From contig CP142727.1 in NCBI GenBank assembly GCA_036630325.1, positions 372,001 to 436,000 on the forward strand: a stretch of 64,000 nt of DNA, read 5' to 3'. This document shows, in pieces, positions 1 through 11,517 of the stretch. The position numbers were made by a program, and so were the translations under genes. How positions within the stretch are numbered: the stretch's first letter is position 1; the number at the start of each line of letters is the position of its first letter. Source of the stretch: Vairimorpha necatrix (lineage: Eukaryota). The notes below the pieces were generated by a model that worked only from the letters and a program-made list of their open reading frames with translations, was not told the DNA's origin and ran no database searches.

Positions 1-608
1 AATATTTGTATAATTTTTATACTGGGTTCTCTGGTAAACCAGTTTATAATAATTTTTTCTTAAATTATTATAATGTTTTATTTACTTCCTTGATTCCTGC
101 TACTATTTGTTGCTTTGACAAAGATCTTCCTGAAGATTATTTACTTAGAAATCCCAGGGAATACAAATCGACAACGAGCTTTTTCTGTAAATCCGTGATC
201 TTTCTAGGAATAATTTACGGAATTATTCAAGGTTTGGTAGTTTTCCTTCTTGTACTTGGCGTGTTTTTTATTAAAGATCTTGTCAGAAGAGACGGGAAAG
301 TGGCTGGATATAATGGCATGAATAATCTTATGTCTTTGATTGTATTTTTTAGTGTCTTTCTTGGACAAATAAGGCTGATATCTTTTTATACAATTTATTC
401 TTATGTGGCTATATTCTTGAGCCTGTTATTACTTTTCTTGACTTTATTTGTAATTCAAGATACTTCCTTAGGTGGGAATATGTGGATATTAATGAGTATA
501 CCTTCAGCATATTTTACATTTCTATTTATTATGTTATTTACTTATATATCTGAGTTATGTCTTAGTAAAATATTTTATAAGCTTGTAAATAAAAAAGAAA
601 TAAATTGA
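1..608 (+). CDS. C-terminal part of a P4-type ATPase (phospholipid flippase); 5' end lies outside the window
   Basis: Translation has YNFYTGFSG...YNVLFTSL.P...FDKD.....L...P.EY, the typical C-terminal membrane region of DRS2/DNF-family flippases, followed by several hydrophobic helices. The ORF-track TTG start is an artefact of truncation. Confidence 0.88.
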   Translation, partial: YLYNFYTGFSGKPVYNNFFLNYYNVLFTSLIPATICCFDKDLPEDYLLRNPREYKSTTSFFCKSVIFLGIIYGIIQGLVVFLLVLGVFFIKDLVRRDGKVAGYNGMNNLMSLIVFFSVFLGQIRLISFYTIYSYVAIFLSLLLLFLTLFVIQDTSLGGNMWILMSIPSAYFTFLFIMLFTYISELCLSKIFYKLVNKKEIN

Positions 609-707
609 AAAAATTTATTTTTTATGCATTATGACGTAATGTGAAACAAACAAATTGTTGTTGTGACGCAATAAAAAATTTATTCATTTTTTTAGTAAAA
701 TTAAACT

Positions 708-2852
708 TTATTTCTTATTTTTAGTTTTCTTAGATGGAGTTTCGATGACATTTTTTTGTTCAGAACTTACAGATGCACCTCGCTTGACTCTTTTTGGTAC
801 TGCGACTGGGACTGTCTCTACGCTTTCATGAGCCCTTGATGCCCTACGTGTGGATCGTGGGGTCACAGTTAATTTATTAAATGATGACATTTTTTGATCT
901 TCTTTCTTTTTTGTATTTTTCTCTGGGGTATTTTCCTTCTTTTTTGTATTTTTCTCTGGGGTATTTTCCTTCTTTTTTGTAGTTTTCTCTGGTAAAGTTT
1001 CTACTTTTAATTTTTCAAACCCTGCTTCTGATTCTCTTTCACTGTCTTTAACTTTTTTAGTGGCCTTTGATTTACTTTTTTCAGTTTCCTTAAGAGGTCG
1101 TTTTTTAGTATCTTTTCCTTTTTTTACTGGTTTATCTTTTTTCTTTTCTTCTTCACTTTCGTCGTCACCTTTTTCTTCATTTATTTCGTCTTCTCTTTCT
1201 TCAGTTACATTTTCTTCCACTCCAATTGGCTCTGCTTCACTTGGCCTTATTTCGCTTGGCTCTGGCTCACTTGTCTTTTCCTCTTCGACTATGTTTTCAT
1301 CTTCGTTTATACTTGCCTTTAATATTTCTGCTTCACTTTGTTTTGTTTCACTTGGCTTTTCTTCACTTAGCTTAATTTCGCCTGGCCTTTCTTCTGATTC
1401 GCTTCGTTTTATTTCACTTGCTTTTTCTTCTTCTTCTTCACTTAGCTTAATTTCGCCTGGTTTTGTTTCACTTGCTTTTTCTTCTGTAAAATTTGTCTCT
1501 GTTTCACTTGCCTTAAACATTTCTGTTTCGCTTGGCTTTTCTTCATCTTCGTTTACACTTGGCTTTTCATCTTCTGCTTTGATTTCTTTTGCTTCTGTTT
1601 CAGTTATTATTGGTACTTTAAGTGCTTCACTTTCTCTTATAAATATAACCTCTTCTTTTTCCTCTTCTGTTTCTGTTGCCTCGATTTTCTCTTGTTCTTC
1701 TCTAATCTTCTCATGTTTCTCTTCTTCTATTTCTTGGTTTATCATTTCTGTCAAATTTATACTCTCTGTTGATTTATTAATTTTATCATCTACTAATTTC
1801 TCCGCGTCTTTTAAGATTTCTTTCTCAATTACCGCATCTCCCAAATCTTTCACTTGTTTTTTAGAAATAAGTGGGTCAATAGGCGTGTCGACTACTACTG
1901 ACAAGTCAATGGTCTCTTTTATTTCTTCGTCTAGATCTTGTTGTTTATTTACAATGGCTTCTTTTATTAAACTGAGATCTCCTCCTTCTAAAGCTTCTTC
2001 TGCTTTTGTCTCTGAAGATGAGGCGTCGATGATTTTTACAGCAGCTTGTACTTCGAAATTATTTTTAAACATTTCTTGTTCTACAGTAGATTCTTGTTCT
2101 AAAGTAGATTCTTGTTCTAAAGTAGTTTCTTGTTCTCTTACTTTATTTTCTTCAGTTATTAATTCCTGTTCCCCGATTTTATTCTCTTCTGTAAATTCTA
2201 TCTCTTGAATTTCATGAATTTCTACTTTCTCTTTTATTTCTTCATAAATTATTCCATCTTTAATAAAATGACTACTTGTTATTTCTGATTCTATATTAGT
2301 CTTCTTTTTACTTGTCATTTCATCTTCAATTTTATTCTCCATAATATTTTGATTTTTCTCAATTTTTTCATTATTTTCTAATGTTTCATTTTTTTGATTT
2401 ATCATTTCTGGGTTCCACATTTCTTTGTTTATGCTGCTTTGATTTTTTTCTCCATTCATAAACAAATTTGTATCAAATTCGTAATAATTACAACATTCTT
2501 TAAGAGACTCAGGACAATCTTTTATAACCTTATTTTGATCAATTAAATCATTCTGTTTTGTCATTTCTATCTGAAATGCTCTTCCATGAATCTTTATAGT
2601 ATCACCAATATCAAATTCTGATTTTTGGCCTATCGTAAGATTCAAGTCATTTAATTTGACATCATTTCCAAAGGCAAGAACTTTCTTCTGTTCTAAATAA
2701 ATTTTAAGATGTATTTCTAAGATAGAAGGTAATTGTATTCTTATACTATTGAATAAGCCACTACCTATGGTAAGAACTTCACTGTTGGTATAAAGTGTTT
2801 CTATTTTAGTACCTTGGACATTGTAGACATTGATAGCGTATTTGGCCTCCAT
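708..2852 (-). CDS. FHA-domain protein (Ki-67-like N-terminal FHA) with long acidic/repetitive disordered region and basic tail, ~714 aa
   Basis: Likely start is ATG 2852, preceded by CCCCCTCAAA, rather than the ORF-track start at 2978. N-terminus LTIGSG...IRIQLP...H..I...GDTIKIHGRAF resembles FHA. It is followed by E/K/S-rich repeats and a K-rich tail with TPxK sites. Confidence 0.75.
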   Translation of the reverse strand: MEAKYAINVYNVQGTKIETLYTNSEVLTIGSGLFNSIRIQLPSILEIHLKIYLEQKKVLAFGNDVKLNDLNLTIGQKSEFDIGDTIKIHGRAFQIEMTKQNDLIDQNKVIKDCPESLKECCNYYEFDTNLFMNGEKNQSSINKEMWNPEMINQKNETLENNEKIEKNQNIMENKIEDEMTSKKKTNIESEITSSHFIKDGIIYEEIKEKVEIHEIQEIEFTEENKIGEQELITEENKVREQETTLEQESTLEQESTVEQEMFKNNFEVQAAVKIIDASSSETKAEEALEGGDLSLIKEAIVNKQQDLDEEIKETIDLSVVVDTPIDPLISKKQVKDLGDAVIEKEILKDAEKLVDDKINKSTESINLTEMINQEIEEEKHEKIREEQEKIEATETEEEKEEVIFIRESEALKVPIITETEAKEIKAEDEKPSVNEDEEKPSETEMFKASETETNFTEEKASETKPGEIKLSEEEEEKASEIKRSESEERPGEIKLSEEKPSETKQSEAEILKASINEDENIVEEEKTSEPEPSEIRPSEAEPIGVEENVTEEREDEINEEKGDDESEEEKKKDKPVKKGKDTKKRPLKETEKSKSKATKKVKDSERESEAGFEKLKVETLPEKTTKKKENTPEKNTKKKENTPEKNTKKKEDQKMSSFNKLTVTPRSTRRASRAHESVETVPVAVPKRVKRGASVSSEQKNVIETPSKKTKNKK
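904..992 (-). repeat. Coding tandem repeat, ~33-bp unit (KKKENTPEKNT) x ~2.7
   Basis: ttctttttttgtatttttctctggggtattttcc repeats in tandem; the protein reads PEKTTKKKENTPEKNTKKKENTPEKNTKKKE. Confidence 0.85.
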
Positions 2853-3155
2853 TTTGAGGGGGAAAAAATAAATGAAAAAAAAAGATAAAATAAAAAAAAT
2901 CAGCATGAATAAAAAAACAGCATAAAAATAAGAAGATGAAAAATTTATCAAAATTTTGATCAAAAAAACACGTGTCATTATTTGATACTGTCAAAAATTT
3001 ACCTTCATTTTATAAAAAATAAAAATTTAATTTATTATTTGTAAAACATAAATTAAAACATATCTAATTTAATAAATCTTATGTATATAAGATTTATTAA
3101 ATGAATAAATTATAATTGATAAATTATATTATATATAAACATGTAAATATATTAT

Positions 3156-3323
3156 TGTGGACGGCGGATAGTCCGGACCAATCAGATTGTCTTCTTGACA
3201 TCTGAAACATGATGATTCTGAAACAACGTTTCAGAATTAAATATAAATACATCCTCGAATTTATGAGGATGGGCAATAATAAAAAGAATACTCTAAAACC
3301 TCATATTTCGGCTAACGTCAACA
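3156..3323 (+). ncRNA. Probable RNase P RNA (highly reduced); RNase MRP RNA less likely
   Basis: CR-I-like GCGGATAGTCCGGA (3164-3177) pairs with CR-V-like TTCGGCTA (3307-3314) to form P4 with the conserved bulged U. P1 is TGTGGACG (3156-3163)/CGTCAACA (3316-3323). Internal hairpins: CAGATTGTC/GACATCTG, ATTCTGAAAC/GTTTCAGAAT, CATCCTC/GAGGATG. It is a GC-richer island in an AT intergenic region. Confidence 0.62.
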
Positions 3324-3500
3324 TATTATAATTGATATTGGATCTTATATACAGATGAAAATTAATTAAATCTTGCATATTAAAAAAAAGGGAATTTCTA
3401 AAAAATTAATAAATATGAGTCAGAGTGTAAATTTGTTTGTTTCCAAACAAATTCATGCTACTACTAATTTATAACATTACTAACAATAAGTTATAAAAAT

Positions 3501-4388
3501 TTAATTAGCTTTAAGTGCTGATAATTTCTCTTGTATTCTCTTCTTTCTCTCTTCTAATGATAATTTCTCAACTTTAAATTTCTTAAATCCACTATAATCT
3601 TTCTTTTCTTTTTCTTGTCTACTAGGGTTCTTAATAATGCCATCTAAAGCATTTTGATAAATTCCTGCAATATTGTCTGGTTCAATATTTTTCTTAATAT
3701 AATCACTAAATTGGATTTTAAATTTCTCTTCGTCATTTTCTTTTAGTGTTTTCATGTACTCAGAGACATGTTTACAGAAAATTCTGTCTCTTAATTCGTC
3801 AGCCTTAAAAGGCTTATTCTTCTCATAGCCGATAAATTTAGATTCAGAATGAGGAATATAAACTCCTGCATCAGAACACCCTTTCATGGCAATAAAAGTG
3901 TTTCCTCCTTTGGTACTTCTAGATAAACCAATATCAAGGAATACTTTTAATGCTCTACGTTCTTCATCAATATCTTCAGTGACTGTATAAGTTCCATCTG
4001 TTTCTTTGGCTTTATAAAGATCGTCCATTTCTAATTTGGCCAAAGCTCGTCTTGCTGCTAAAAATCCTGTAGCATAAAAAGCGAAATGATTCTTTAAGCC
4101 GAAATCTACGCCATAATTTTTAAGCTCAGTGGAATCTGCAAATGCAAAGACTCTGTCCCCGTCAATGTAAGATCTGGTGATCTGACAAATGACTTTAGTG
4201 TTAGTTCTTCTTACTACAAGTCTGAACTTAAGAGCACCTTGTTTATTATAATCTTGTTTTATAAGATTGATTCTGTGTCTGTAATTAGTCTTACACTCTC
4301 TTCTTCTACGCCTCTTGACTTGGAATCTACTTCTTTTAGTAGCAGCGGATTTAGCTTTTTTATTTCTTCTACCAGCCTTTCTTGCCAT
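3501..4388 (-). CDS. RPL5: 60S ribosomal protein L5 (uL18)
   Basis: [62 protein letters not shown] are uL18 motifs. CCCCCCTCAAA precedes the ATG. Confidence 0.96.
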
Positions 4389-4729
4389 TTTGAGGGGGGC
4401 AAAAAAAAAGAAAATTTGTATTTTAAAAAGAGAAACATTTTCAAAGACAAAGACTTGGCATGGAATAATGTCAAACTTGATTATTGATAATTATACAAAA
4501 TAAATAAATTAAATAAAATGCATAAACAAGTAGAATTTTCAGAGAAAAAAAGTATGGGAAAAGTTTTTTACTGGAAAAAAAAAATATCGACTTATATTTA
4601 AAGCTTGAAAGAAGAGACAACAAAAATAAAGTAAAATATTTTCTCTTAGTAGAAGGCCAAAAAATTATATTGAAAATTATTAACAATTATTGTCCATGTC
4701 AAAGTTTATCTAAATTACATAATAATATC

Positions 4730-5760
4730 TTACTCACTAATTACTCTTCACAAGATACGCTGTCCCTCTTAACATTTCCTGAGTTTCTTATGAAATTTAT
4801 AAATTGCCTCTCGAATTCTCCTTCCTAAACAAAATCAAGCCCAAATCCAATTGACATAGTTTAGCTTTTCTTTTGTCATTTTCAAGGATCTTTGCAAGCT
4901 TTTGTTCTCGTTTCTAATCGGAGCTTTTTATAAGCGCGCGGCACTAATTAGTTACTATTTCGGTCCAAGTCATCACGTAAGAAATAGTTTTCGCATAATT
5001 TTGTAGAGAGAACCCTAGAATTTAAAAGCAAGCCGCATTTATGTTTCTTTTTTGTTTCTACATCATGCATATTGTATAAGCTTGGGATTCCAACCTAGAC
5101 AACGGACATCTTTCCTTAATTCGTCACAATTAGTAGATAAGGCTTGTTATATTTTACTTTGATATTTAACTATCTCGCCGTCAATTTGTATCTCAACATA
5201 CTCGTTAGCTACACATTCCTGGACTGAATGATTTCTAATTCTTTAAGCATGTGATAATCCATTGCTATTACACAACTGCAGGTGTATGCATCGCAGTGCC
5301 TGATTGTGATGTCTCATGAAATCATGTGAAAGCACACGATCACATTGATGGCTATACGATCTAATGTCTTTGTGCATTCGGACAGTGCGGCAATTTATCT
5401 GTTTCTCTAAGAAATATTTCGGCCTGTAATGCAGATAAATTTCCTTCTTCTCTTGAGCTTAAATTTCCTTTATTAAGCCACGTAACAGCCTGTGTATTCA
5501 ATAAGTAAATCGTCTCACAGTCCAAATCGCTTTCATTGGTTAATTTTTGTTTTTATATCGCCATAAAAAGTTTTGATTAGAGCTAATATTTGTATTTTAA
5601 CTTTTATATTTTCATGAAGTTTATATTTCTCTATTATATATCTTTCGATGGTTGATAAACATGGGTGGCCGGTTTTCTCGGAGTAAAAAATCGTTTTGCG
5701 TCTTGTAACAGATTCTTTCGTGCTTCAAATATTTTGATTAATTGTAATAGCTTTTTTTCT
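4730..5760 (-). mobile_element. Degenerate 3' portion of an RLE-type non-LTR retrotransposon
   Basis: Minus-strand fragments across frameshifts: PHCPNA..TLD.IA..CDRVLSHDFMRHHNQALRCIHLQLC (CCHC-type knuckle), NEYVEIQID, V*VGIPSLYNMHDVETKKKHKCGLL, YVMTWTEIVT. Confidence 0.75.
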
Positions 5761-7090
5761 TTATGTTTTCAGTACTGGAGCCCTTTCCTGATTAGTTTTT
5801 TTGGTTATACGAAATTTTATAAATAAAAACAAAAATCTGATGTTTTATCTATATTTTTTTTCAAAGTGCTAAATTTAACATAATTTTTTCATTTGATACC
5901 ATCAGATAAATCTATATTTGATATTAATCCAGTCGTCATTATGATATATTGAATTTTGTAAATCTTTCTGTTTTATAAGCTTTAGTTTTCTCTGTCCAAT
6001 TTTCGTGAATTTATAGTGCTAATGTAGCAAAGAGATTAAATATGTATAAAAAAAATTTCTTATGTGAATTTTAGAATACAGCTCGATGAAAACTAGTATA
6101 AATTTAATTTTAGTCGTTGTGATGAAAGTCATCTTAGAAAATTGTCTTTTCTTTTTTTTATGCATTCTTATCATGACTTACGTGCATTAGTCTTCACAAT
6201 TTTTTTAATTAAGTATTTTTTGTAAAAAAATTTAATAGATAAAAAATACATTACAAGCAAAATCAATATACTTCATTGTATTTATGTCTTTTCTGGCACT
6301 AGGTGATATACATTTTCTGTCTTTGCTTAGAGCTTGTTATATAAATTACTGGGGAATATTTAGTATATTCAAGTTGTTGAATATGATGCTTTCTCATCAC
6401 AATATTAATATTTTAAATATAATTTGTGATTGTTATTTATCATCTTTTTACAAGAAAACAGAATATGCTATTGGATCATTTTGAATTAAGAATTTCAAAA
6501 TAACGCTCTAAAGTCTAATTCTGAAACTGCTAGAAGGTGTACAATGAAGTGTATGCAAAAGAATGTCTTAATGTCGGAACCATGATTTATCTAGGATTAA
6601 TGGCAACCCGATCACTAACTTATGTACAAATTAAGTGCAAAAAAAAAATAGACTCAAACTTATGTTAATGTGATTACAATTAAATTTAAATTAGCCTATT
6701 TGTGTATGTAAAATTCTTATTGGATAAAAAATTTTAAGGGGTTAATTTTAAATAGTTAGGTATATAATTGTATTGAAAATTATAAACAACATTTTAACTC
6801 CCAGCCTGCTTAAATTGAAAAAGCATAAAAAATTCGAGAAAAATTACCTTATTAGACATATGACAATCAAATCTATCCCCTATTATTTTTACAAAAAAAA
6901 TTTATACTCCTTTTTTAAAATGATGTACTTTAAAAATGTACTAAAAATTAATATTTTAAAATGAAATATCTTTGTTGTGTATTATTAATTAAACATTTTG
7001 ATTTTTACTCCTTTAAACCACAAAAGAGTAAATTATAAAATTTTTTTTATTTGATAAATACAATATAAACAGATAATTATAAACTAACCC

Positions 7091-7999
7091 ATGCTTCTAT
7101 TTATTTTGTTGATAAAAAGTACTGAATATAATTTATCTACAAGAGAAACACAATCACAGATTCAACAAAATAATCAAGTAACTGAAATATACGTTAACGA
7201 CCTTGAGAAAATTTTAGCAGAGCCATATGAAGAGATAGAAAGTATGGACATAGAATATCTAGACGATCTCGAAATGTGGTTGTCAGGAAATGTTTATTTA
7301 GAAAGTGAAAAAAATTTTAGTACTGGCAATCAGAGTCAAATGATATTTGACGATGAAAAAACTCTACAAATTAAAGAAAATTTAAATAAAAAACTTATTG
7401 ATATGAATACAAAGTATATTGATTTTTTAAGGAAAAAACAAAAAAAAATCGATGAGATTATTTCTAAACCATCGAATGTTAAATTAAATTTAGAAGAGAA
7501 AAAAACAATAAATAAGAAAAAAATTGCATATAATATAATTTTTAATAAGTATCGAAAAATATGTAAGAATCGAATTTCATTGCTTAAAATTAAAATCTTG
7601 GAAATAAAAATGCTGGATAAAACAATTATACTTAATGCTTTAAATTTCATTGAAAAATTTAATAAGTTTTTTGTATCAGAAAATCGCTATCAAAATATAA
7701 AGCCCGCCCCTTTAAAGTTTTTAGATAGATGTAAGATAGATATTTGGAAAGTTGAAACGTTAATTAACCTTAATTTTGTACCAGATTTAATTGAAACGAT
7801 TAAATACTACTATGAAAATATTAAGAAACATGATGTTGAGACTATAAATCAAATTATAGAAGACTTGGAGGCTATAAATATAGAGTATTATAATTTCTGT
7901 GACAATAAGAATCTTATTATTAGCTCAAACAATGAGATTATCGACATCATCAATAAAAAGCAGAAAATAAAAAAAGCCCCTAAAAATATAACTAGATAA
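7091..7999 (+). CDS. Secreted protein, family A (302 aa), unknown function
   Basis: CCC-ATG start, short hydrophobic signal peptide MLLFILLIKS, and family motifs DLEKILAEP and IDIWK shared with five other ORFs. Confidence 0.85.
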   Translation: MLLFILLIKSTEYNLSTRETQSQIQQNNQVTEIYVNDLEKILAEPYEEIESMDIEYLDDLEMWLSGNVYLESEKNFSTGNQSQMIFDDEKTLQIKENLNKKLIDMNTKYIDFLRKKQKKIDEIISKPSNVKLNLEEKKTINKKKIAYNIIFNKYRKICKNRISLLKIKILEIKMLDKTIILNALNFIEKFNKFFVSENRYQNIKPAPLKFLDRCKIDIWKVETLINLNFVPDLIETIKYYYENIKKHDVETINQIIEDLEAINIEYYNFCDNKNLIISSNNEIIDIINKKQKIKKAPKNITR

Positions 8000-9139
8000 A
8001 ACATTTTGCGAAAATAAACAAATCATTATCATTTAGTGTAATTTATGTTGTTTTAAAATTTTCAAATTCATTTACAATTTTTATATAAGTCAACATTTAT
8101 ATTTTAACATCTTTCAAATTTTACATAAGTTATAATAAATAATTACATTCATATAATAAAAGTTTTGGCATGTAACAATTGTTACTACGAACTGATACTG
8201 TTTAACATCTAATATAAATTTATGTGGAAATTGTTTGATTGTTTCTTGCTACTCCCATGGTCATTTTTTTTACAATTTTAGCGTTTTCGAACAATATTTG
8301 GATCATTGGCAAAAATAATATACAAAATCCTTCCCATGGTAATCTTGATTGTAATAATAAGTTGTTGCTAGTATATTAAAATACATAATGTTAAAGATAA
8401 TTGTAAGTTAAAGGTTAAGTTTATTAAATATATATTTTCAACACATAAAAACCATACTTTCATCATAAAACACGTTGTGAGATTGTTCTATCTTCATCTC
8501 TTATCATGTATTTATTTGCATATTTTAAAATAAAATTAAGTATTAATAGACTCTTAATTGTCAAACTCTATACAAACAAGTTAGATTAGAATTATTAAAT
8601 AAAATCTAATATAATACAGGCTACTAAGGATAGAAATGTGCTGTTTAGAAGGTCGTGTTTTTATTGTTTTGAAAAATTATTAACAAACAGGAAATATACC
8701 AGATATAAGTACATTTTGTAAAAACTTAATAAGCAATGAGCGCAACTGGCGAAGTCCTATTATTACCTATTTTTTACTCTAAACCCCGTGATCAGACCGC
8801 AACGAGGATAAATGTTTGCTATAAAAACTTATTAAAGTCAGAATATTATCTCTCTAATCTGCTAAACCTTTATCTTTGATATTAAAATTTTGCTCTTAAG
8901 TTAATTTTTTAATTATAGTTTCATCTGGTATGTACAGAACTTTTTTTAATAAATCAGAAATAGTGTAAAATAGTATGAGACAATTTGGTGTCAAAAGAAA
9001 AAAATTTAGTGAAAAACTTTGCGAAATTGCGGATTGTAATGTAATAACATAATAGCGAAGAAAAAATTTACATAGATTGGTACATTAAAAATATGTAGTA
9101 ATCTAAATATAAATTTAAATCCGATCCACTGACCCAAAT

Positions 9140-11150
9140 AGCATATATTTAATGTCTGGACATAATTATTTATATATAAATTTTTTGTACCCAACTAAGA
9201 CTGTACAACGAGATAAAAACAAAAACCTTACATAAAAGGTTGAACTGAGGAGGCCAAACGAAAACGTACCTGTAAAAGACTCGGCAATAAAAAATAACAC
9301 GAATCATTCTTATAAGGCGGAAAGCTGCCCTCTGTTACTTGAAAGACAGAAAAATATTCTGTGGAACGAGAATGAAATGTCTACATTGTAGAGAAGCTAA
9401 TATTACAGTTGAGCACCTGACGTCTAGATTCAAAAAAATGTCAGGACCAGATTACACGAGAAGAAACAATGATCGGTGCTTCTTTGGTATGCGATCGGAT
9501 ACCAAGACTCCCCTTGTAAAGGAAAAAAACGAAAAAAATATGAAAAAAACGTTAAAAAATACTAGAAATTTGATTTAATTGAGTAAATTATATAATAAAT
9601 CAACATAACAGTCATAAAACTTCTTAAAATTGTCTTCTATACAAAAACCTTTTCTAAATATAAATTCATTGAGCCATGAATCAATTTCCTTACGCTTAAC
9701 TCAATGTTCTTTAGTCATTTCAGATTTTATCTTCAACCATACATTCTCAATGTTATTAGTATGAGTACCATCTTCAGATTTAACCCCGATAGATTGCTTT
9801 ACTTCCTTATGTTCAAGACAAAGATTTTGTGCTATACTAGATAACTCGGATGACCATCACTATGTAAAATCGAACCAACACCTATTTTACCTTCTAGAGT
9901 AACTGTTAAACACTCGACTTTCCTATTATCCACCACTGTAATGTAAAAGTTTATAGGATTAGATGCTTCTACTATACCAAGTGTTCAAACAGTATCAGGG
10001 ATTATATCATCACAACTGGGTGCATTTCTTATTTTACCTCTTCTAAAAATTACAGACTCATCAACTTGGACAATTTTTCCTGGTCCATCAATAATAAGCC
10101 TCTTAGACATTTTGTTTTTACATTTTTCTTTAATTATTTTTTTTTGCATCGAAAACTATCGATGATGAAACTCCTAGTTTTGCCTCTAAGGTTAAATAAA
10201 TACTCCTACACAAAATTAAAAATATTAATTCACAAAAATTATATAAAGGTAACTTTCTTCCTTTGTTAACTGACCTTTTAGCACTGCATTTATAATTAGC
10301 ACACCTGTATAGCACACTTTTAACCTCTCTCTCCTTAAATAATACAACATTTAAAATCTCATTGCATTTAAAGCACGTCTTTTGCTCTTTCAAGACTTAT
10401 AACTCAAGTCGTGAGTTTAAAAAGTCGTTAATACCATAGAAAAGCCTTTGTATTGCCTTTATTTTGATTTTCATGCTTTTCTTTGGTATGCGATCAGAAA
10501 TTTTAAAATCATTATTTTTCATTTTTAGGGGGTCAGAATTTTTTTTAAAAAAAAATTTTATCGCCTACCAAAGAAGCACCAATGATCTATTAAATGCATT
10601 CACCTATTACTGTGCAAAAAATACGATTTTAAATTGAAAAAGAAACTTAAGAGTCATTCTGTACAGAAAGTAGTCTCAAATAAAGACGTCGAAATAAGGG
10701 TAGACACATTCATTGAGACGATATAAAGATTAAACTTAAAAGACCGGTTCTTTTAGTTATAGACAGAAAGTATGAAGAAATGCTCATAATCGAAATCGGA
10801 GTCTCCTTAATCGATAATTTCAAGAGGTGGAAACGCAGAAGCTTAAAAAATATAATATTCTGGTAATGATATGTCTCGATGTATGTCTTTAAATGTAGAT
10901 GTATTTATATGTATTAACATGTGACGACGTGGTTGTCAAATACCAAGGAATGCACTGAAGAAGCCCTGATATACCAACATTTGTCGAAGTAAAAATCAAA
11001 TTTCTTATTTTGAAAAGAACTTGAAAGCATCATGATAGAATATAGAAGATTGGAAAGTCGGAAGTGATGAGGAAAGACAAGTGACGGCAAGTCTAATCAT
11101 CTCTACTACAAAGAGAGACATATATAGACTGAAATTGAGACATAAGAAGA
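9140..11150 (+). mobile_element. Degenerate RLE-type non-LTR retrotransposon 3' fragment, split by a Merlin insertion
   Basis: KCLHCREANITVEHLTSRFKKMSGPDYTRRNND (to 9474) resumes after 10580 as KCIHLLLCKKY..KKLKSHSVQKVVSNKDVEIRVDT..KRP.LLVIDRK..EMLIIEIGV. Confidence 0.8.
9475..10580 (-). mobile_element. Merlin/IS1595-like DNA transposon with inactivated transposase
   Basis: TIRs GGTGCTTCTTTGGTATGCGAT / ATCGCCTACCAAAGAAGCACC and flanking duplication (C)AATGATC. The minus-strand transposase starts at ATG 10522 (CCCCC upstream) and has a CFKC..C..C zinc motif, GPGKIVQVDES, HSDG and HTNNIENVW, interrupted by stops and frameshifts. Confidence 0.88.
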
Positions 11151-11517
11151 AAAGGGTTTTTTTTACAAATTAATGTACGATATTGGTCTAATTTATAAAT
11201 ACATGAAAAAAATTTCATTTTTATGTTATTATGTTATTTTCTATTCGCCTATTGGCCTTTATTTTTATAATTCTTATGCACGACAATATAATCACGAAGA
11301 TATCGAAAATTGATCCTTGGTTTTATATATGTACAAAATGAAAATCGGCCCATTTTTGATGCATTCTTATTGTATCATAACTTTAATGACTACCAATTCC
11401 CCCCTTTTGAACATAACTACAAAGAAAATTATCTTGATTATCGTAAAATTTGAAAGTTTTTGCGTAGTATGGCAAAAAATCAATTTTTAATTTACTTGTT
11501 TTGTCAGATCTCAAACA

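Noticed and set aside
1060-2208. 382-aa Ser/Phe-rich ORF on + strand
   Set aside because: Antisense shadow of the Glu/Lys-rich repeat region of the FHA gene.
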